Shown: positions 9,715 to 20,237, counted from the stretch's first letter. The stretch: 64,000 bases of DNA from an uncultured Gammaproteobacteria bacterium (GCA_964416505.1 CAYQEJ010000004.1:59331-123330), one strand, 5' to 3'. The notes: generated by a model from the letters alone, not told the origin. Made by a program: numbers and translations.

Positions 9715-10064
9715 GAAGTAACAGTTAATTGATTATTTGTATTCGATGTCTGGACTTGGACTTTCCGAATTGTATTCGAAAAAGTAGCTGCACTAGTTAT
9801 CGTACCACTATTTACTACTATTACAACAGATCCACCATCAATACTCATAGTCTCTCCTGTATACGAAGGGTCACGAATCAACCTAAGTAACGCATTTTCA
9901 GCTCCTGTCTCTGCCATATAATATGCGGTAGTCCCCTGATCTACGCTACTAGTTGAGATTGCATTATTTAAAACAACCACCACGACTCCAGTAATTATCG
10001 CTAGGGAAATTGCCATAAAAAAAAGCAAAGTTATCAGCGCATTTCCTTTTTGAGATCTAATCAT
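9696..10064 (-). CDS. Minor pilin-like protein (PilX-like, atypical leader).
   Basis: The N-terminus MIRSQKG|NALITLLFFMAISLAII is a prepilin-like hydrophobic helix but lacks Glu at +5. Confidence 0.5.
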   Translation of the reverse strand: MIRSQKGNALITLLFFMAISLAIITGVVVVVLNNAISTSSVDQGTTAYYMAETGAENALLRLIRDPSYTGETMSIDGGSVVIVVNSGTITSAATFSNTIRKVQVQTSNTNNQLTVTSWKEIN

Positions 10065-10570
10065 CTAAGTCCTCCTGTAGTCTTAAAATTCACGACTTCT
10101 TTTCCTGATCTTCTATTTGCTTCTGAAGTTAAGGTATAAGAAATTTGTAATATATCTTTCCCATTGGAATCGCCCTCTATCCTTAGAAAAGAGAGATTCG
10201 ATACTTTTGTTTCATTGCTATTTAATTGGTCAGATGTGCCAGTAATAGAATTTTCTAGAATTAAATTCCCATCGTCTAATCCGTAAGATATATTCTGACT
10301 ATTAGCTACAATTGTCATAGCAGATCCTGAAGCACCTATTAGAGAAGGAATTGTTATACTTGATGCTCTTGACACATCATACCTAAATCTTTCTGCAATA
10401 TATCTTCCATCTACATTTACAGACGAAGTTGCTTGCGATTCTAATTGTAAATCAAAAACTGATCCATACATCTGAAGAGTTACTGCCAAAAGTATGCTAA
10501 ATATTCCCATATAAATGAGCAACTCTATTAAGGTGAATCCTTTTTTAACTTTAAATATTTTTTTAATCAT
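10061..10570 (-). CDS. Minor type IV pilin.
   Basis: KVKKG|FTLIELLIYMGIFSIL is a canonical prepilin cleavage motif with Glu at +5. Confidence 0.75.
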   Translation of the reverse strand: MIKKIFKVKKGFTLIELLIYMGIFSILLAVTLQMYGSVFDLQLESQATSSVNVDGRYIAERFRYDVSRASSITIPSLIGASGSAMTIVANSQNISYGLDDGNLILENSITGTSDQLNSNETKVSNLSFLRIEGDSNGKDILQISYTLTSEANRRSGKEVVNFKTTGGLR

Positions 10571-13530
10571 TAAGGTGAATAATTAACTCCAAAATCATAA
10601 AGAATTGGCGTCTGCGCTTGATCATTTGAGGACATATATATTTTATATCTCATACACTGTCCTGAATTTTCATAACCAGAGCCATCCGAATTCTTAGGAA
10701 GCTCTCCAGCAGCTGTAAAATAACTGCTTGATGTACCATCAGGCCCAACGTATACATAATTTGCGCCACCACACGATCCACCAACAGGATCTGCGATTGC
10801 CACCTGGTATGTTAATGTTGTTTGAGATGGAACGTTAACTGTAGAAAAAAATCTATTAAACATTGATTCTCCCGTTGCGTTAAAAGGCGCAGATTCAAAA
10901 GTACCAATTGATGAGTAAATCGCATCGTCAGGCCCTCCTTCAATTATTTTTAATTCATTTAGCGTAGTATTTGCCACCATGTAAACAAAATTATCACTAT
11001 CTGCTTCCGTTACTGAAGTTAAATCATTAAATCCTTGATCAAAATTTATTCCTGCACAATAAGTCGGCGAGGCCTCATTGGAACTATTCAAAACCTGGTA
11101 TTCTTCAGCATTATTTGAATTTCCAGTATTTCCATCTTTTCCAACTAAAACCACACGCTCTCCGTTTAGAACGGTTAAGGAACGTCTAGGATAAAGATCT
11201 GCATTAGCACCAGTTCCATAATAAAATCCACTCGTTGGACCATAGCTAGGAGATCCAGATGTGCCAGATAAAAATGCTGGAGCAGTTTTATTCGACGTAT
11301 TAATTACATAGAATTGCTTACTATCGGGCACCCCATTGTTATCCTTGTCGACTCCTCCATTTGATGAAATATAAGCTCTAGTTCCATCTGACTTTGCAAA
11401 TACTGAATTAGCTGCTTCTTCGGTAAACTGCTGAGAATTAAAATCAAGTCCGCTTACAACTTTCCAGCTAGCATCTCCACCTGAAATTGCACCGCAAGTG
11501 TTTTCTGCGCTTCTCGCAGTAGATGGAACAGTTGACACATCAACTATTTCAAATTCTCGGTCAGTTACCCCTCCTACGGCAACGTAAACGTATGTATTCA
11601 CTCCAACTTTAACAGGATATATATCATTTGTGGCATAAAGCTCTATATTTCCACCATCAGAACAGTCAGGGTGAATTGGGGTTGTAGTTGCCCAATTACT
11701 GCCACTTTGGCCTAAGGAATATTTCGCTGCTGAAGAAGTACCCGGATCACACTCATACCCATCCAACTGTATTCTGCAACCTTGCATATCAAGCCCGCTT
11801 GAAGTAGATTTTGTATCAATATTACTTAAATCAAAAATGTATAAAAATCCTCCTGAAGCCACATAACCTTTATTATCATAAACAGCTAATGATGTTGCCC
11901 CATAACCAAAAGGTGATCGGTCATAGGAATCATCATTAAAATAAACCTTAACAGTCGCCCAATCAAGTGAAAAATCACGAGTGGTATCACTCGCTACATC
12001 AATAACTCTAACTCTAAAATTCGAATTTGAAAAATCAGCATCGGCCCATGTTCTTCCCCAGTTATCGGTTGACCCTCCTAAAGAATAGGATACTTCTCCT
12101 GTTGTTAGGTTTGCAGTTGTCTTTGCAGTAGTCCAAGTAGATCCCCCATCCCACGAAAGCTGCACGCAAATCTTCGGGCTCCCCGTAGTAGAATCTGCCT
12201 TTGCATCAAGCCTTACCTCTATACCATTGATCGTGGATCCTGATGGAATATTGACGCCATAATTATAATACCTATGCTTGTCTTTATCTGCGCCCGTACA
12301 ATTCGTCCCAGTACCATTTCCAGAGTTGGTATCTACAGCGAAAGAATTATTATCACTATATGCTCTTGTCGGGTTCGTCGCGTAACCATCTCCATCTCCC
12401 CCAGTATCAGATGCATTTGAGGTTGGATTTAAAAATCCGGTATCTGTAGGAGCGTATGTGGAATAAATTTTTGTGTTAAAAAAAGTCCAGTATTTAAAAA
12501 TTTTATTTATAGGATCTTGATATTCACCAGTATTTGAACTGTTATTCGATGGATCTCCGTCATCCACCAAAACAGCAATTACTTCTTTATTAGGAAGATT
12601 CGTTCCCATAAGAGCATAAGTTTTACCCGCTGAAGATTTATAATACTTAATGTCTGTTGTCTTGAAATTATTATCTAAACCAGTTCCCGTTTGTGGAGAA
12701 TATCCTCCTGAAAACTCAGAAGAATTCATGGTAAATTTACCCGCCAAAACAGCTGAAGGAGTGCTTGTATTTGCCGTCACAGTAACATATGCCATTTTTA
12801 TAGAATTCGAAGTTGTAGGAGACGTAGCAACATAAACATTATTTGGAATACTTACAGAAGAACTAGCAGTAGCAGCAACAGCAACGGGTGGACCATCAGG
12901 AAGATCTATCGTGGTTGCAGAAAATGCCGGAGAACACCACTTAGCTTTGTTATCATTTATCAATTTCAACTCTCCTCCCCCTGTGTTAGTTACTTGAATA
13001 TTACTTGCAGTTCCAGAATTAAACTGAGATGAGGTAGTTTCTGTATATGAGAGATTTTTATATCTAGTAAAGTACGAGGTAGAACTAACATTTGACACAA
13101 GCGGAGTATTCCAGCTAACAGTTGTTACAACTTTTTTTGTTGATGGATCAACTGTTCCTCCAGAATTTACAATACCTCCACTGGAGTTTCTTTGCGCATC
13201 TGAGACATCAACTGAAATTGAAAAACCCTCAACTGCCTGGGCGCCTGATGTAAGCACGTACCTTCCATTGGAAATAACTGCATGGTAACTCCCATTTGCC
13301 GGAATATTACTCCATCCTCTTTCCGCTATGCTTCTTACTGCTTCTTGTGTTTCTTTTAAATAGGTTGTTGCCTGAAGTCTTTGCTCCTGCTGCGCTCTTC
13401 CTCCTCTTCCTGCTGCAAGCCCTGTAAGAAGAGCGGGTAAAATTAAAGTTGCAAGTCCGATAGCAATTAGAAGCTCAACTAACGACTGTCCTTTTTGACT
13501 TCTAAATTTTATCAATTTCCTTAAATTCAT
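10570..13530 (-). CDS. Giant pilin-like protein (986 aa) with a class III signal peptide; a putative modular minor pilin or tip adhesin.
   Basis: The N-terminus MNLRKLIKFRSQKG|QSLVELLIAIGLATLIL has Glu at +5. The remainder is Ser/Thr/Gly/Asn/Tyr-rich and predicted beta-rich. The gene lies between minor pilin genes. Confidence 0.7.
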   Translation of the reverse strand: MNLRKLIKFRSQKGQSLVELLIAIGLATLILPALLTGLAAGRGGRAQQEQRLQATTYLKETQEAVRSIAERGWSNIPANGSYHAVISNGRYVLTSGAQAVEGFSISVDVSDAQRNSSGGIVNSGGTVDPSTKKVVTTVSWNTPLVSNVSSTSYFTRYKNLSYTETTSSQFNSGTASNIQVTNTGGGELKLINDNKAKWCSPAFSATTIDLPDGPPVAVAATASSSVSIPNNVYVATSPTTSNSIKMAYVTVTANTSTPSAVLAGKFTMNSSEFSGGYSPQTGTGLDNNFKTTDIKYYKSSAGKTYALMGTNLPNKEVIAVLVDDGDPSNNSSNTGEYQDPINKIFKYWTFFNTKIYSTYAPTDTGFLNPTSNASDTGGDGDGYATNPTRAYSDNNSFAVDTNSGNGTGTNCTGADKDKHRYYNYGVNIPSGSTINGIEVRLDAKADSTTGSPKICVQLSWDGGSTWTTAKTTANLTTGEVSYSLGGSTDNWGRTWADADFSNSNFRVRVIDVASDTTRDFSLDWATVKVYFNDDSYDRSPFGYGATSLAVYDNKGYVASGGFLYIFDLSNIDTKSTSSGLDMQGCRIQLDGYECDPGTSSAAKYSLGQSGSNWATTTPIHPDCSDGGNIELYATNDIYPVKVGVNTYVYVAVGGVTDREFEIVDVSTVPSTARSAENTCGAISGGDASWKVVSGLDFNSQQFTEEAANSVFAKSDGTRAYISSNGGVDKDNNGVPDSKQFYVINTSNKTAPAFLSGTSGSPSYGPTSGFYYGTGANADLYPRRSLTVLNGERVVLVGKDGNTGNSNNAEEYQVLNSSNEASPTYCAGINFDQGFNDLTSVTEADSDNFVYMVANTTLNELKIIEGGPDDAIYSSIGTFESAPFNATGESMFNRFFSTVNVPSQTTLTYQVAIADPVGGSCGGANYVYVGPDGTSSSYFTAAGELPKNSDGSGYENSGQCMRYKIYMSSNDQAQTPILYDFGVNYSP

Positions 13531-14051
13531 CAGTTTACCCCCGTAATAACACCATACCTATTTATAGTTATAATTATTTCTTTATTAATTGCTATCGATC
13601 TGAGCGTTATAGTATTTGATGATGATGAATAACCTACCATTTCTCCACTTAGGGCTGAGAAAAGAAGAGTATTACTCGGTAATGTAGTACTCTTAATTTC
13701 TAGATCAGAAGGCAAATCTACAGTAAAATTAGTCGAATCTCCGCTGTTGTAGGTTCCACCATGAAACAAAATATATTTATTTGACATAAAATATATTCCG
13801 TAATTATCAGCTGAAGCTCTTCCCTCCGTGTTTCCAGTCATCGCCTTTATTTGCTGAGCTCTAATATCAGAAACAAGCTTATCTGTATTTGAAGTTTCAG
13901 AGGCGGATCCCTGAGCACGCAGTAAATTGAAAGTTATAACTCCAAAAAGGACCATCATAATTGAAGAAGCAAGAAGAATCTCAATAAAACTAAAACCTTT
14001 TTGAGACTTAAATTTCTTTAAATGTATAAATCTTGGCATACTATCTAGCAC
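13530..14051 (-). CDS. Minor type IV pilin (GspH/PilE-like).
   Basis: FKSQKG|FSFIEILLASSIMMVLFGVI is a prepilin motif. Confidence 0.75.
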   Translation of the reverse strand: MLDSMPRFIHLKKFKSQKGFSFIEILLASSIMMVLFGVITFNLLRAQGSASETSNTDKLVSDIRAQQIKAMTGNTEGRASADNYGIYFMSNKYILFHGGTYNSGDSTNFTVDLPSDLEIKSTTLPSNTLLFSALSGEMVGYSSSSNTITLRSIAINKEIIITINRYGVITGVN

Positions 14052-15096
14052 TCACCTGACCAATTAGTCCATATATTGGAGCAATTATTGAAAGCATAAC
14101 TCCACCTACTAAAAGACCTACAACTACAAGCATTACTGGCTCAAGAAGTGTAGTTAAATTTTTCAAACTATTAGTAACTCTATAGTCCTGCTGTTCAGAA
14201 ATATCTTGCATAGATTTATCTAAGGTTCCTGTCTTTTCTCCAGCTTCAACAATTTTTATGATTATTGATGAAAATATTTTCTTCTGGTTTTTGAAACCTT
14301 GCGATAAATTCTTTCCTCCCAAAACCGTATCTTCGGCATATTTTATGGCTGCTTCTATGTCTTTTCTTCTTACAACTTGAATCGATAAATCAAGAGCATT
14401 TGTAATCGTAATTCCTGAAGACAAAAGTAAATACATACTTCTTGAAAATCTTGCCAAGTCGATCTCCTTAACTAAATTAGAAACGACTGGAGCCATATAA
14501 AAGACATTAAGAATTCTTCTTCTCTGAGCCTTGAATAATAAAACTCCAAAAATTAAACTCACCAACATAACTACCAAAAAAGGCACTGTATAATCCAACA
14601 AGAGATTGGAAGCAGATATAAGAATCTTTGTAGGAAGAGGAAGTTTTACATTTAATCTAGAAAATACTGTTGAAATTTTTGGAATTACGACAGTTAAGAT
14701 CAAAAGCAAAACACCGGCAAAAACTGCAAGAATAACAACGGGATAAATCATTGCAGATTTTACCTTATCGTTAAATTCCATATCTTTTTGAATCTGCACT
14801 TTTAAATCTTTAAGAGTTACATCCATTGTTCCTGCTTCTTCTGAAGCACGCAAAACATTAACTGTAACCTTATCGAAAATTTCAGGAAATTTTGCAAAAG
14901 AGGAATATAAATGTTGACCCTGCATAAGATCTTCCCTCATTGTTTCTAAAACTCTTTTGGTATTCCCTTTTGAATCCTCAAGCAAAGAATCTATACTCTC
15001 GAGAATTGGAATTCCAGCAGTAATCATGGTAGATAGATTTCCCAAAAGGGCCAATTTATCACCACCCTTTAATGTAAGCTTTTCATTTGGTGTCAT
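14041..15096 (-). CDS. pilC: Type IV pilus assembly platform protein PilC (GspF family).
   Basis: Two GspF-like repeats contain 3 TM segments. The gene is adjacent to pilB. Confidence 0.8.
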   Translation of the reverse strand: MTPNEKLTLKGGDKLALLGNLSTMITAGIPILESIDSLLEDSKGNTKRVLETMREDLMQGQHLYSSFAKFPEIFDKVTVNVLRASEEAGTMDVTLKDLKVQIQKDMEFNDKVKSAMIYPVVILAVFAGVLLLILTVVIPKISTVFSRLNVKLPLPTKILISASNLLLDYTVPFLVVMLVSLIFGVLLFKAQRRRILNVFYMAPVVSNLVKEIDLARFSRSMYLLLSSGITITNALDLSIQVVRRKDIEAAIKYAEDTVLGGKNLSQGFKNQKKIFSSIIIKIVEAGEKTGTLDKSMQDISEQQDYRVTNSLKNLTTLLEPVMLVVVGLLVGGVMLSIIAPIYGLIGQVSAR

Positions 15097-15097
15097 T

Positions 15098-16780
15098 TTA
15101 TGCTGATTCTACTTTGGTAACTCTAAGAACTTCTTTTATAGTGGTCTTACCTTTTACAACCTTATCTAACCCGTCATCAAGCATAGTAGTCATTCCATCA
15201 GCTATCGCCTGCTTTGCAATTTCATCAGAATCACTTTTTGATGTAATAAGTTCTCTGATTTTTTCTGACATATCAATTACTTCAAAAATTCCAATTCTTC
15301 CACTATAGCCAGTGGCATGACAAACCTTACAACCTTTACCTTCATATACCCTAATCTGATCTCCAGGACCGAAGTATTTTGTAACTGCATCATCAGGAAT
15401 ATCTTTTAAAACTGCTTTTCTACTTATCACTATCTGAGCTTTACAAGAATCACAAATTTTCCTAACAAGTCTTTGAGCAATTATCACGTTCACGGTTGAA
15501 GCAACTAAAAAGGGCTCTATTTTCATATCAATCAAGCGTGGAAGGGTAGTAGCAGCATCATTGGTGTGAATCGTAGATAAAACCAAATGCCCGGTTAAAG
15601 CTGCATTTACGGCAATTCCTGCAGTTTCGCTGTCCCTAATTTCTCCTACAAAAATAACATTTGGATCTTGTCTTAAAATAGAACGAAGTCCGCTTGCGAA
15701 CGTTAAATTTGTTTTAGGATTTACTTGAATTTGATTAACACCTTTTATTCTGTATTCAACAGGCTCTTCAATAGTAGTTATATTTTTCTCTCTAGTATTA
15801 ACAATTTTTAAAATTGCATATACCGATGTTGTCTTACCAGATCCTGTAGGACCTGAGGACAGAATCATTCCGTAAGATTTATTAATTGCATTAGTCACTT
15901 TAGTTAAATCTCTTTCGTTCATACCAAGATCCTGAAGAGTGAATTGTCTAAATTTAGAAGACAAAAGTCTCATAACTATTTTTTCCCCTTCAGTAACTGG
16001 AATTATAGAAACACGAATATCCAGATTCTCCTCGTCTACCACAATTCTCATTTTTCCATCCTGCGCACTCAAATGCTCATCTGTTCTAAGACGAGATAAA
16101 ACCTTAATTCTTGTTACGATTCTGTCGTGAAGTTTTTTATCAACATACAAAACATCATGTAAAATTCCATCAATCCTAAATCTAACAAGTGAATTTTTTT
16201 CCTCTGGCTCTATGTGAACATCTGATGCTTTATCTCGATAAGCATAGGTGATAAGCAAATCTACAATTTTTGCAATCGGTGCCTCATCGAGCGTAGAAGC
16301 CGTCCTTGTTATTTCCGCTTGAAGCATTTGATCAAATGTTTGCTGAAGATCTTTTCTATAGAGCTGAAGCACATTTTCTATATCTTTTTCCGTTGCCATG
16401 TAGACGGTCACTTTTTGACCTGTCTTTTTGCTTATCATCTCAGGAAGTTTTGTATTAACTGGATCTGCAGCTGCAAGCTTTATACCATCTGCATCTTTTG
16501 CAAAAACAATTGCTTTGTGTTTCCTGGCCAATCTCTCCGGAACAATTCTATATACCCCTTCTGAAATCGTAATATTAGACAAAACTACAAAAGGATATTT
16601 AATATGATTCGCTATTAGTTGACCAAGCTTATCATCTGGAATTACATCTTTTTCCATTATTGCTTGCTGGAGAGGAATTCTTCCATTCGCCGCAAATACC
16701 AAAACATCCCTCATGGTCTTAGTGTCAACTAGACCAGACTGAAGAAGCAGTTGTTGTATCTCAATATCGGGCAGAAGCAT
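15098..16780 (-). CDS. pilB: Type IV pilus assembly ATPase PilB (GspE family).
   Basis: Walker A GPTGSGKTT is present, along with GspE Asp/His boxes and a tetra-Cys motif CDSCK...CKVC. The length is 560 aa. Confidence 0.9.
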   Translation of the reverse strand: MLLPDIEIQQLLLQSGLVDTKTMRDVLVFAANGRIPLQQAIMEKDVIPDDKLGQLIANHIKYPFVVLSNITISEGVYRIVPERLARKHKAIVFAKDADGIKLAAADPVNTKLPEMISKKTGQKVTVYMATEKDIENVLQLYRKDLQQTFDQMLQAEITRTASTLDEAPIAKIVDLLITYAYRDKASDVHIEPEEKNSLVRFRIDGILHDVLYVDKKLHDRIVTRIKVLSRLRTDEHLSAQDGKMRIVVDEENLDIRVSIIPVTEGEKIVMRLLSSKFRQFTLQDLGMNERDLTKVTNAINKSYGMILSSGPTGSGKTTSVYAILKIVNTREKNITTIEEPVEYRIKGVNQIQVNPKTNLTFASGLRSILRQDPNVIFVGEIRDSETAGIAVNAALTGHLVLSTIHTNDAATTLPRLIDMKIEPFLVASTVNVIIAQRLVRKICDSCKAQIVISRKAVLKDIPDDAVTKYFGPGDQIRVYEGKGCKVCHATGYSGRIGIFEVIDMSEKIRELITSKSDSDEIAKQAIADGMTTMLDDGLDKVVKGKTTIKEVLRVTKVESA

Positions 16781-16869
16781 AGTCTTTAATCACCAATAAA
16801 GGCTTAATTTTATCCTAACATAAAAAAAGAAAAGTTGTATCAAGTTAATATTAATCTTGTGCTAGAATA

Positions 16870-18603
16870 TTGGAAACAATGAAGCTAATCGCATTTATAG
16901 TTTTTTTAATTGCAGGAATTTTTATTACATATCCCTGGATCTTTCATTTAAGTGATTTCGTAACTGGGTATGGAGACAATTTCGTTTATACATGGATACA
17001 TACTTGGGTAATTGAATCTATAATAAATGGAAATATTACACAAATTTTCAATACTAATATTTTCTATCCTTATCAGGTAGGGCTTTCAGTCTCTGATCCA
17101 AATATATCAACAGCAATCCTCTCAATACCCATTTACTTGTTAACTAGAGAGCCAATTTCGACTGTAAATTTCACAACAATATTTTCTATAGTTTTCCTAG
17201 GGTTTTCCATTTACTTACTTTCTTATTATTTAACAAAAAATTATCTAGCTTCTATTTTTTCCGGACTGCTCATAGCATTTTCACCGGCATATCTTAGTTT
17301 CTATGGACATTTACAAATGATGTCTATTGCCTTTACTCCACTTTCTATTCTTTGTTTTTTAATTTTTATAAAAACCAAAAAACAAAAAAATCTAATAATT
17401 TCTTTATTTTTATTTCTTTTACAAACTTATAATAATTTTTTGGGAGGCTACTTTATTCTTTTTTCCTATTTGATCATTTTTTTATTTAATTTAATTGGAA
17501 ATAAATCAAAAACAATTGGTCTGATTTCCAAAAAAAATATTATTATTTTTATTTCTTTTTTTGCACTAATTATTCCAGTCGCTAATTCATACTTTTCGGT
17601 TTCCAAGGAGTTTAATTACAAAAGAGATATTAGAGATGCAGTTCATTTCGCAAACCAACCTGAAGATTTTCTCCTAACTATGGAATTTAGCCGTTTACAA
17701 AAGCCCTTAAAATCACTTCCTTTTAATCAGGTTTCACAAAATTCAGAATTTAAACCTGCATTTTTAGGATTTATATTTAGTCTTTTGTTCTTATTCTCAA
17801 TTTTTTATTTTTTTAAAAATTTAAAAAGGAAAAACATATATTTAAATTCATTTATGACTATAGCTGCTCTCGGATTTGTCTTAAGCCTAGGCCCCGTACT
17901 TCATCTTGGTAGGCAAACCATACATAATCCTATTATTCCTCTCCCTTATGCTCTTTTTTATTATATTGTTCCCGGATTTCAAGGATTCAGGAATTCAGCG
18001 AGATGGGAAGTTCTCATGCTTATCGGGGCTTCCGTTGTAATAGCTGTTATTCTTAGCAAAGTTTTTGGAAAATTTAGTACCAAGAAACAATTCATAATTT
18101 ATTCTCTTCTAACATTAGTGTGCATAATTGAATTAAATCTTCCTCTTAAGTTCGTAAAAATGCAGTCAATAAAAAATATTCCCCAAGAATACCATTGGCT
18201 CGCAACAACTCCTGAGGATACAAAACTAATTGAAATGCCGGTTTACAACTGGAACATGTTCCCCTATGGCAATCAAGAACTTTGGAGACTTTATTATTCA
18301 ACGAGTAATTTCAGAAGAACCGTAAATGGAACTGGAGGATTTACTCCACCTCCTTGGCAGGAAATGGCATATGAACTAGATGAAAATTTCCCAAATGAAA
18401 AATCCATCACCAAACTAAAGAATCTCAACCTCAACTATATTCTTGTTCATAAAAATGAATTTGATAAATTAAATAGTGATAAATTTACAATAAATAAAAA
18501 AATTATACCTAGTGGAGAATTCGTTATTAGAAATTTAAATAAAAATCCAGAATTAAAACTTATCAACAGATTTGGGGATACGTATATTTACAGCCTTAAT
18601 TAG
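16870..18603 (+). CDS. Polytopic membrane protein with a C-terminal soluble domain; a putative GT-C-like glycosyltransferase. The likely ATG start is at 16879.
   Basis: About 12 TM helices. An early loop carries TGYGDNFVYTW. A roughly 150-aa C-terminal extracytoplasmic domain follows. Confidence 0.3.
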   Translation: METMKLIAFIVFLIAGIFITYPWIFHLSDFVTGYGDNFVYTWIHTWVIESIINGNITQIFNTNIFYPYQVGLSVSDPNISTAILSIPIYLLTREPISTVNFTTIFSIVFLGFSIYLLSYYLTKNYLASIFSGLLIAFSPAYLSFYGHLQMMSIAFTPLSILCFLIFIKTKKQKNLIISLFLFLLQTYNNFLGGYFILFSYLIIFLFNLIGNKSKTIGLISKKNIIIFISFFALIIPVANSYFSVSKEFNYKRDIRDAVHFANQPEDFLLTMEFSRLQKPLKSLPFNQVSQNSEFKPAFLGFIFSLLFLFSIFYFFKNLKRKNIYLNSFMTIAALGFVLSLGPVLHLGRQTIHNPIIPLPYALFYYIVPGFQGFRNSARWEVLMLIGASVVIAVILSKVFGKFSTKKQFIIYSLLTLVCIIELNLPLKFVKMQSIKNIPQEYHWLATTPEDTKLIEMPVYNWNMFPYGNQELWRLYYSTSNFRRTVNGTGGFTPPPWQEMAYELDENFPNEKSITKLKNLNLNYILVHKNEFDKLNSDKFTINKKIIPSGEFVIRNLNKNPELKLINRFGDTYIYSLN

Positions 18604-18620
18604 GATAGTGGCATTTTTTG
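18596..18620. repeat. Left copy of a 25-bp perfect direct repeat, ttaattaggatagtggcattttttg.
   Basis: It is identical to 20425-20449, and the pair flanks the 18630-20237 gene. Confidence 0.9.
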
Positions 18621-18629
18621 AACTGCTGA

Positions 18630-20237
18630 TCAATTAGGAGACCATATAGCATTTTCAAATTTTATATTTTTATCCTCATAATTGATCTCACCAGTTTTTT
18701 CTCCAGTTTCTTTATCTTTAAATTGCAGTCCGGCATTAGTTTCTTCTATTTTTGAAGTTATTATTTTATTAAAAGTGTTATATAAATCTGTAAACTGCTT
18801 CTCGCTAAGAATTGCATTTGGTGATGAAATTGAATCAACTAAATCTGACTCAGATCCTGTCTTTAGATCTAATAATTTTACATAAACGGAATCTGATAAT
18901 TTATAAGGCTGAAAGTTACCAGCATACCTACCAATTAAAATTACAAATCTTTTACGTGAGTCGACGTGTAATAATTCAGGTGGAATAGGTGCATTAATTT
19001 TTAGATCATATATTTTTTTAGGGAATTCTCCTTTTTTTAAAACATAAATCCCATCACCTGCTAATAAATTGTACTGCGAATTAATTTTTTCCAAGGGGTA
19101 ATAACTTTTAAGAAACCCCATATCTCTGCTTATTATTCTATTTTCTTCATCTATAAATTTATATTCAGCCTGCGGTGCAATATTTTTTATAGGCACGGTG
19201 TCTTTTGGAATACTGGTAACTAATTTCCAATTCTTATTGGAAATATCATAGGCGTAACTTTTCCAAACATTATCTTGAGCTAATTTGAAATAGATAAATG
19301 AAGGAGAATAGGAAACTATTTCATAATTCTTAAATTCAAACGGAATCAGCGGAGATTCAATCCACCCATTCTTTGTTTGAATGAAGATTTTCTTACAACT
19401 TCTTATCCCATCAAATAGATTTGTATTTACTTTAACTAATCTACCATCTAAACAGCCAGGGATTCCCAATTCTTTAGGCAATTGATCTTGGGGAATGATC
19501 TTAATTTCATTTGAAACAGGATCTATTTTCGTTATCAAAGAATTTCCATTTACAAAATTAAAATCATTTAAAATTAAAATTTTTCCATTCTGATTAAATA
19601 ATTCAGAATTAACAAAATAAGGTTTACTCGATGATTGCTTGGAATAATTAACTACTTCTGGATCCTCATAGGAATCAAAATATTCTGAAGTTATATTTCC
19701 TGAACTTAAATCTAATTTATAAATTCCTCTCTTTATTTGCTTTGAAGAATTACCACAAAAGATAAATAAGAAATTATTAACTTTAGCTACTGAATTCACA
19801 CATCCGAAGACAGTAGGATTTAATTGTCTAACGATGTTTTTATTTTTTGGATCATATTCTACTATCCAATTTAAACCAGCAATCAACTGATGCTCTTTAT
19901 ACTGATAAACTGCACGAACTTCAGGGAAGAAATAAAGAAAATCTTTTTCACTAAGACTATCAAAATTATCAATATGATCAATAAAAACATTTTTTATAAC
20001 TTCATTTTTTACATTTACAGCAACAGTATTTACAATCTCCGAATCCTGCTTTCTATTCTCATTAATAGTAAAGCGACTGCTTAATATTGAAATTATTCCT
20101 ATAAAAAGCGGAATCAAAATTATTACAAAGATAAATAAAAATAATTTTTTTCTAGCAGTTTTTGAAGTTTTTTGGGACCAAGATAAAGCTTTTGGAAGCT
20201 CTGCCCTAGCGCTTTTGTCTGATTGATTTTGATCCAT
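18630..20237 (-). CDS. Hypothetical exported protein anchored by an N-terminal TM. It sits on a cassette bounded by 25-bp direct repeats.
   Basis: An N-terminal basic stretch and TM (LFLFIFVIILIPLFIGIISIL) precede a large Asn/Lys-rich ectodomain. No family recognised. Confidence 0.5.
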   Translation of the reverse strand: MDQNQSDKSARAELPKALSWSQKTSKTARKKLFLFIFVIILIPLFIGIISILSSRFTINENRKQDSEIVNTVAVNVKNEVIKNVFIDHIDNFDSLSEKDFLYFFPEVRAVYQYKEHQLIAGLNWIVEYDPKNKNIVRQLNPTVFGCVNSVAKVNNFLFIFCGNSSKQIKRGIYKLDLSSGNITSEYFDSYEDPEVVNYSKQSSSKPYFVNSELFNQNGKILILNDFNFVNGNSLITKIDPVSNEIKIIPQDQLPKELGIPGCLDGRLVKVNTNLFDGIRSCKKIFIQTKNGWIESPLIPFEFKNYEIVSYSPSFIYFKLAQDNVWKSYAYDISNKNWKLVTSIPKDTVPIKNIAPQAEYKFIDEENRIISRDMGFLKSYYPLEKINSQYNLLAGDGIYVLKKGEFPKKIYDLKINAPIPPELLHVDSRKRFVILIGRYAGNFQPYKLSDSVYVKLLDLKTGSESDLVDSISSPNAILSEKQFTDLYNTFNKIITSKIEETNAGLQFKDKETGEKTGEINYEDKNIKFENAIWSPN

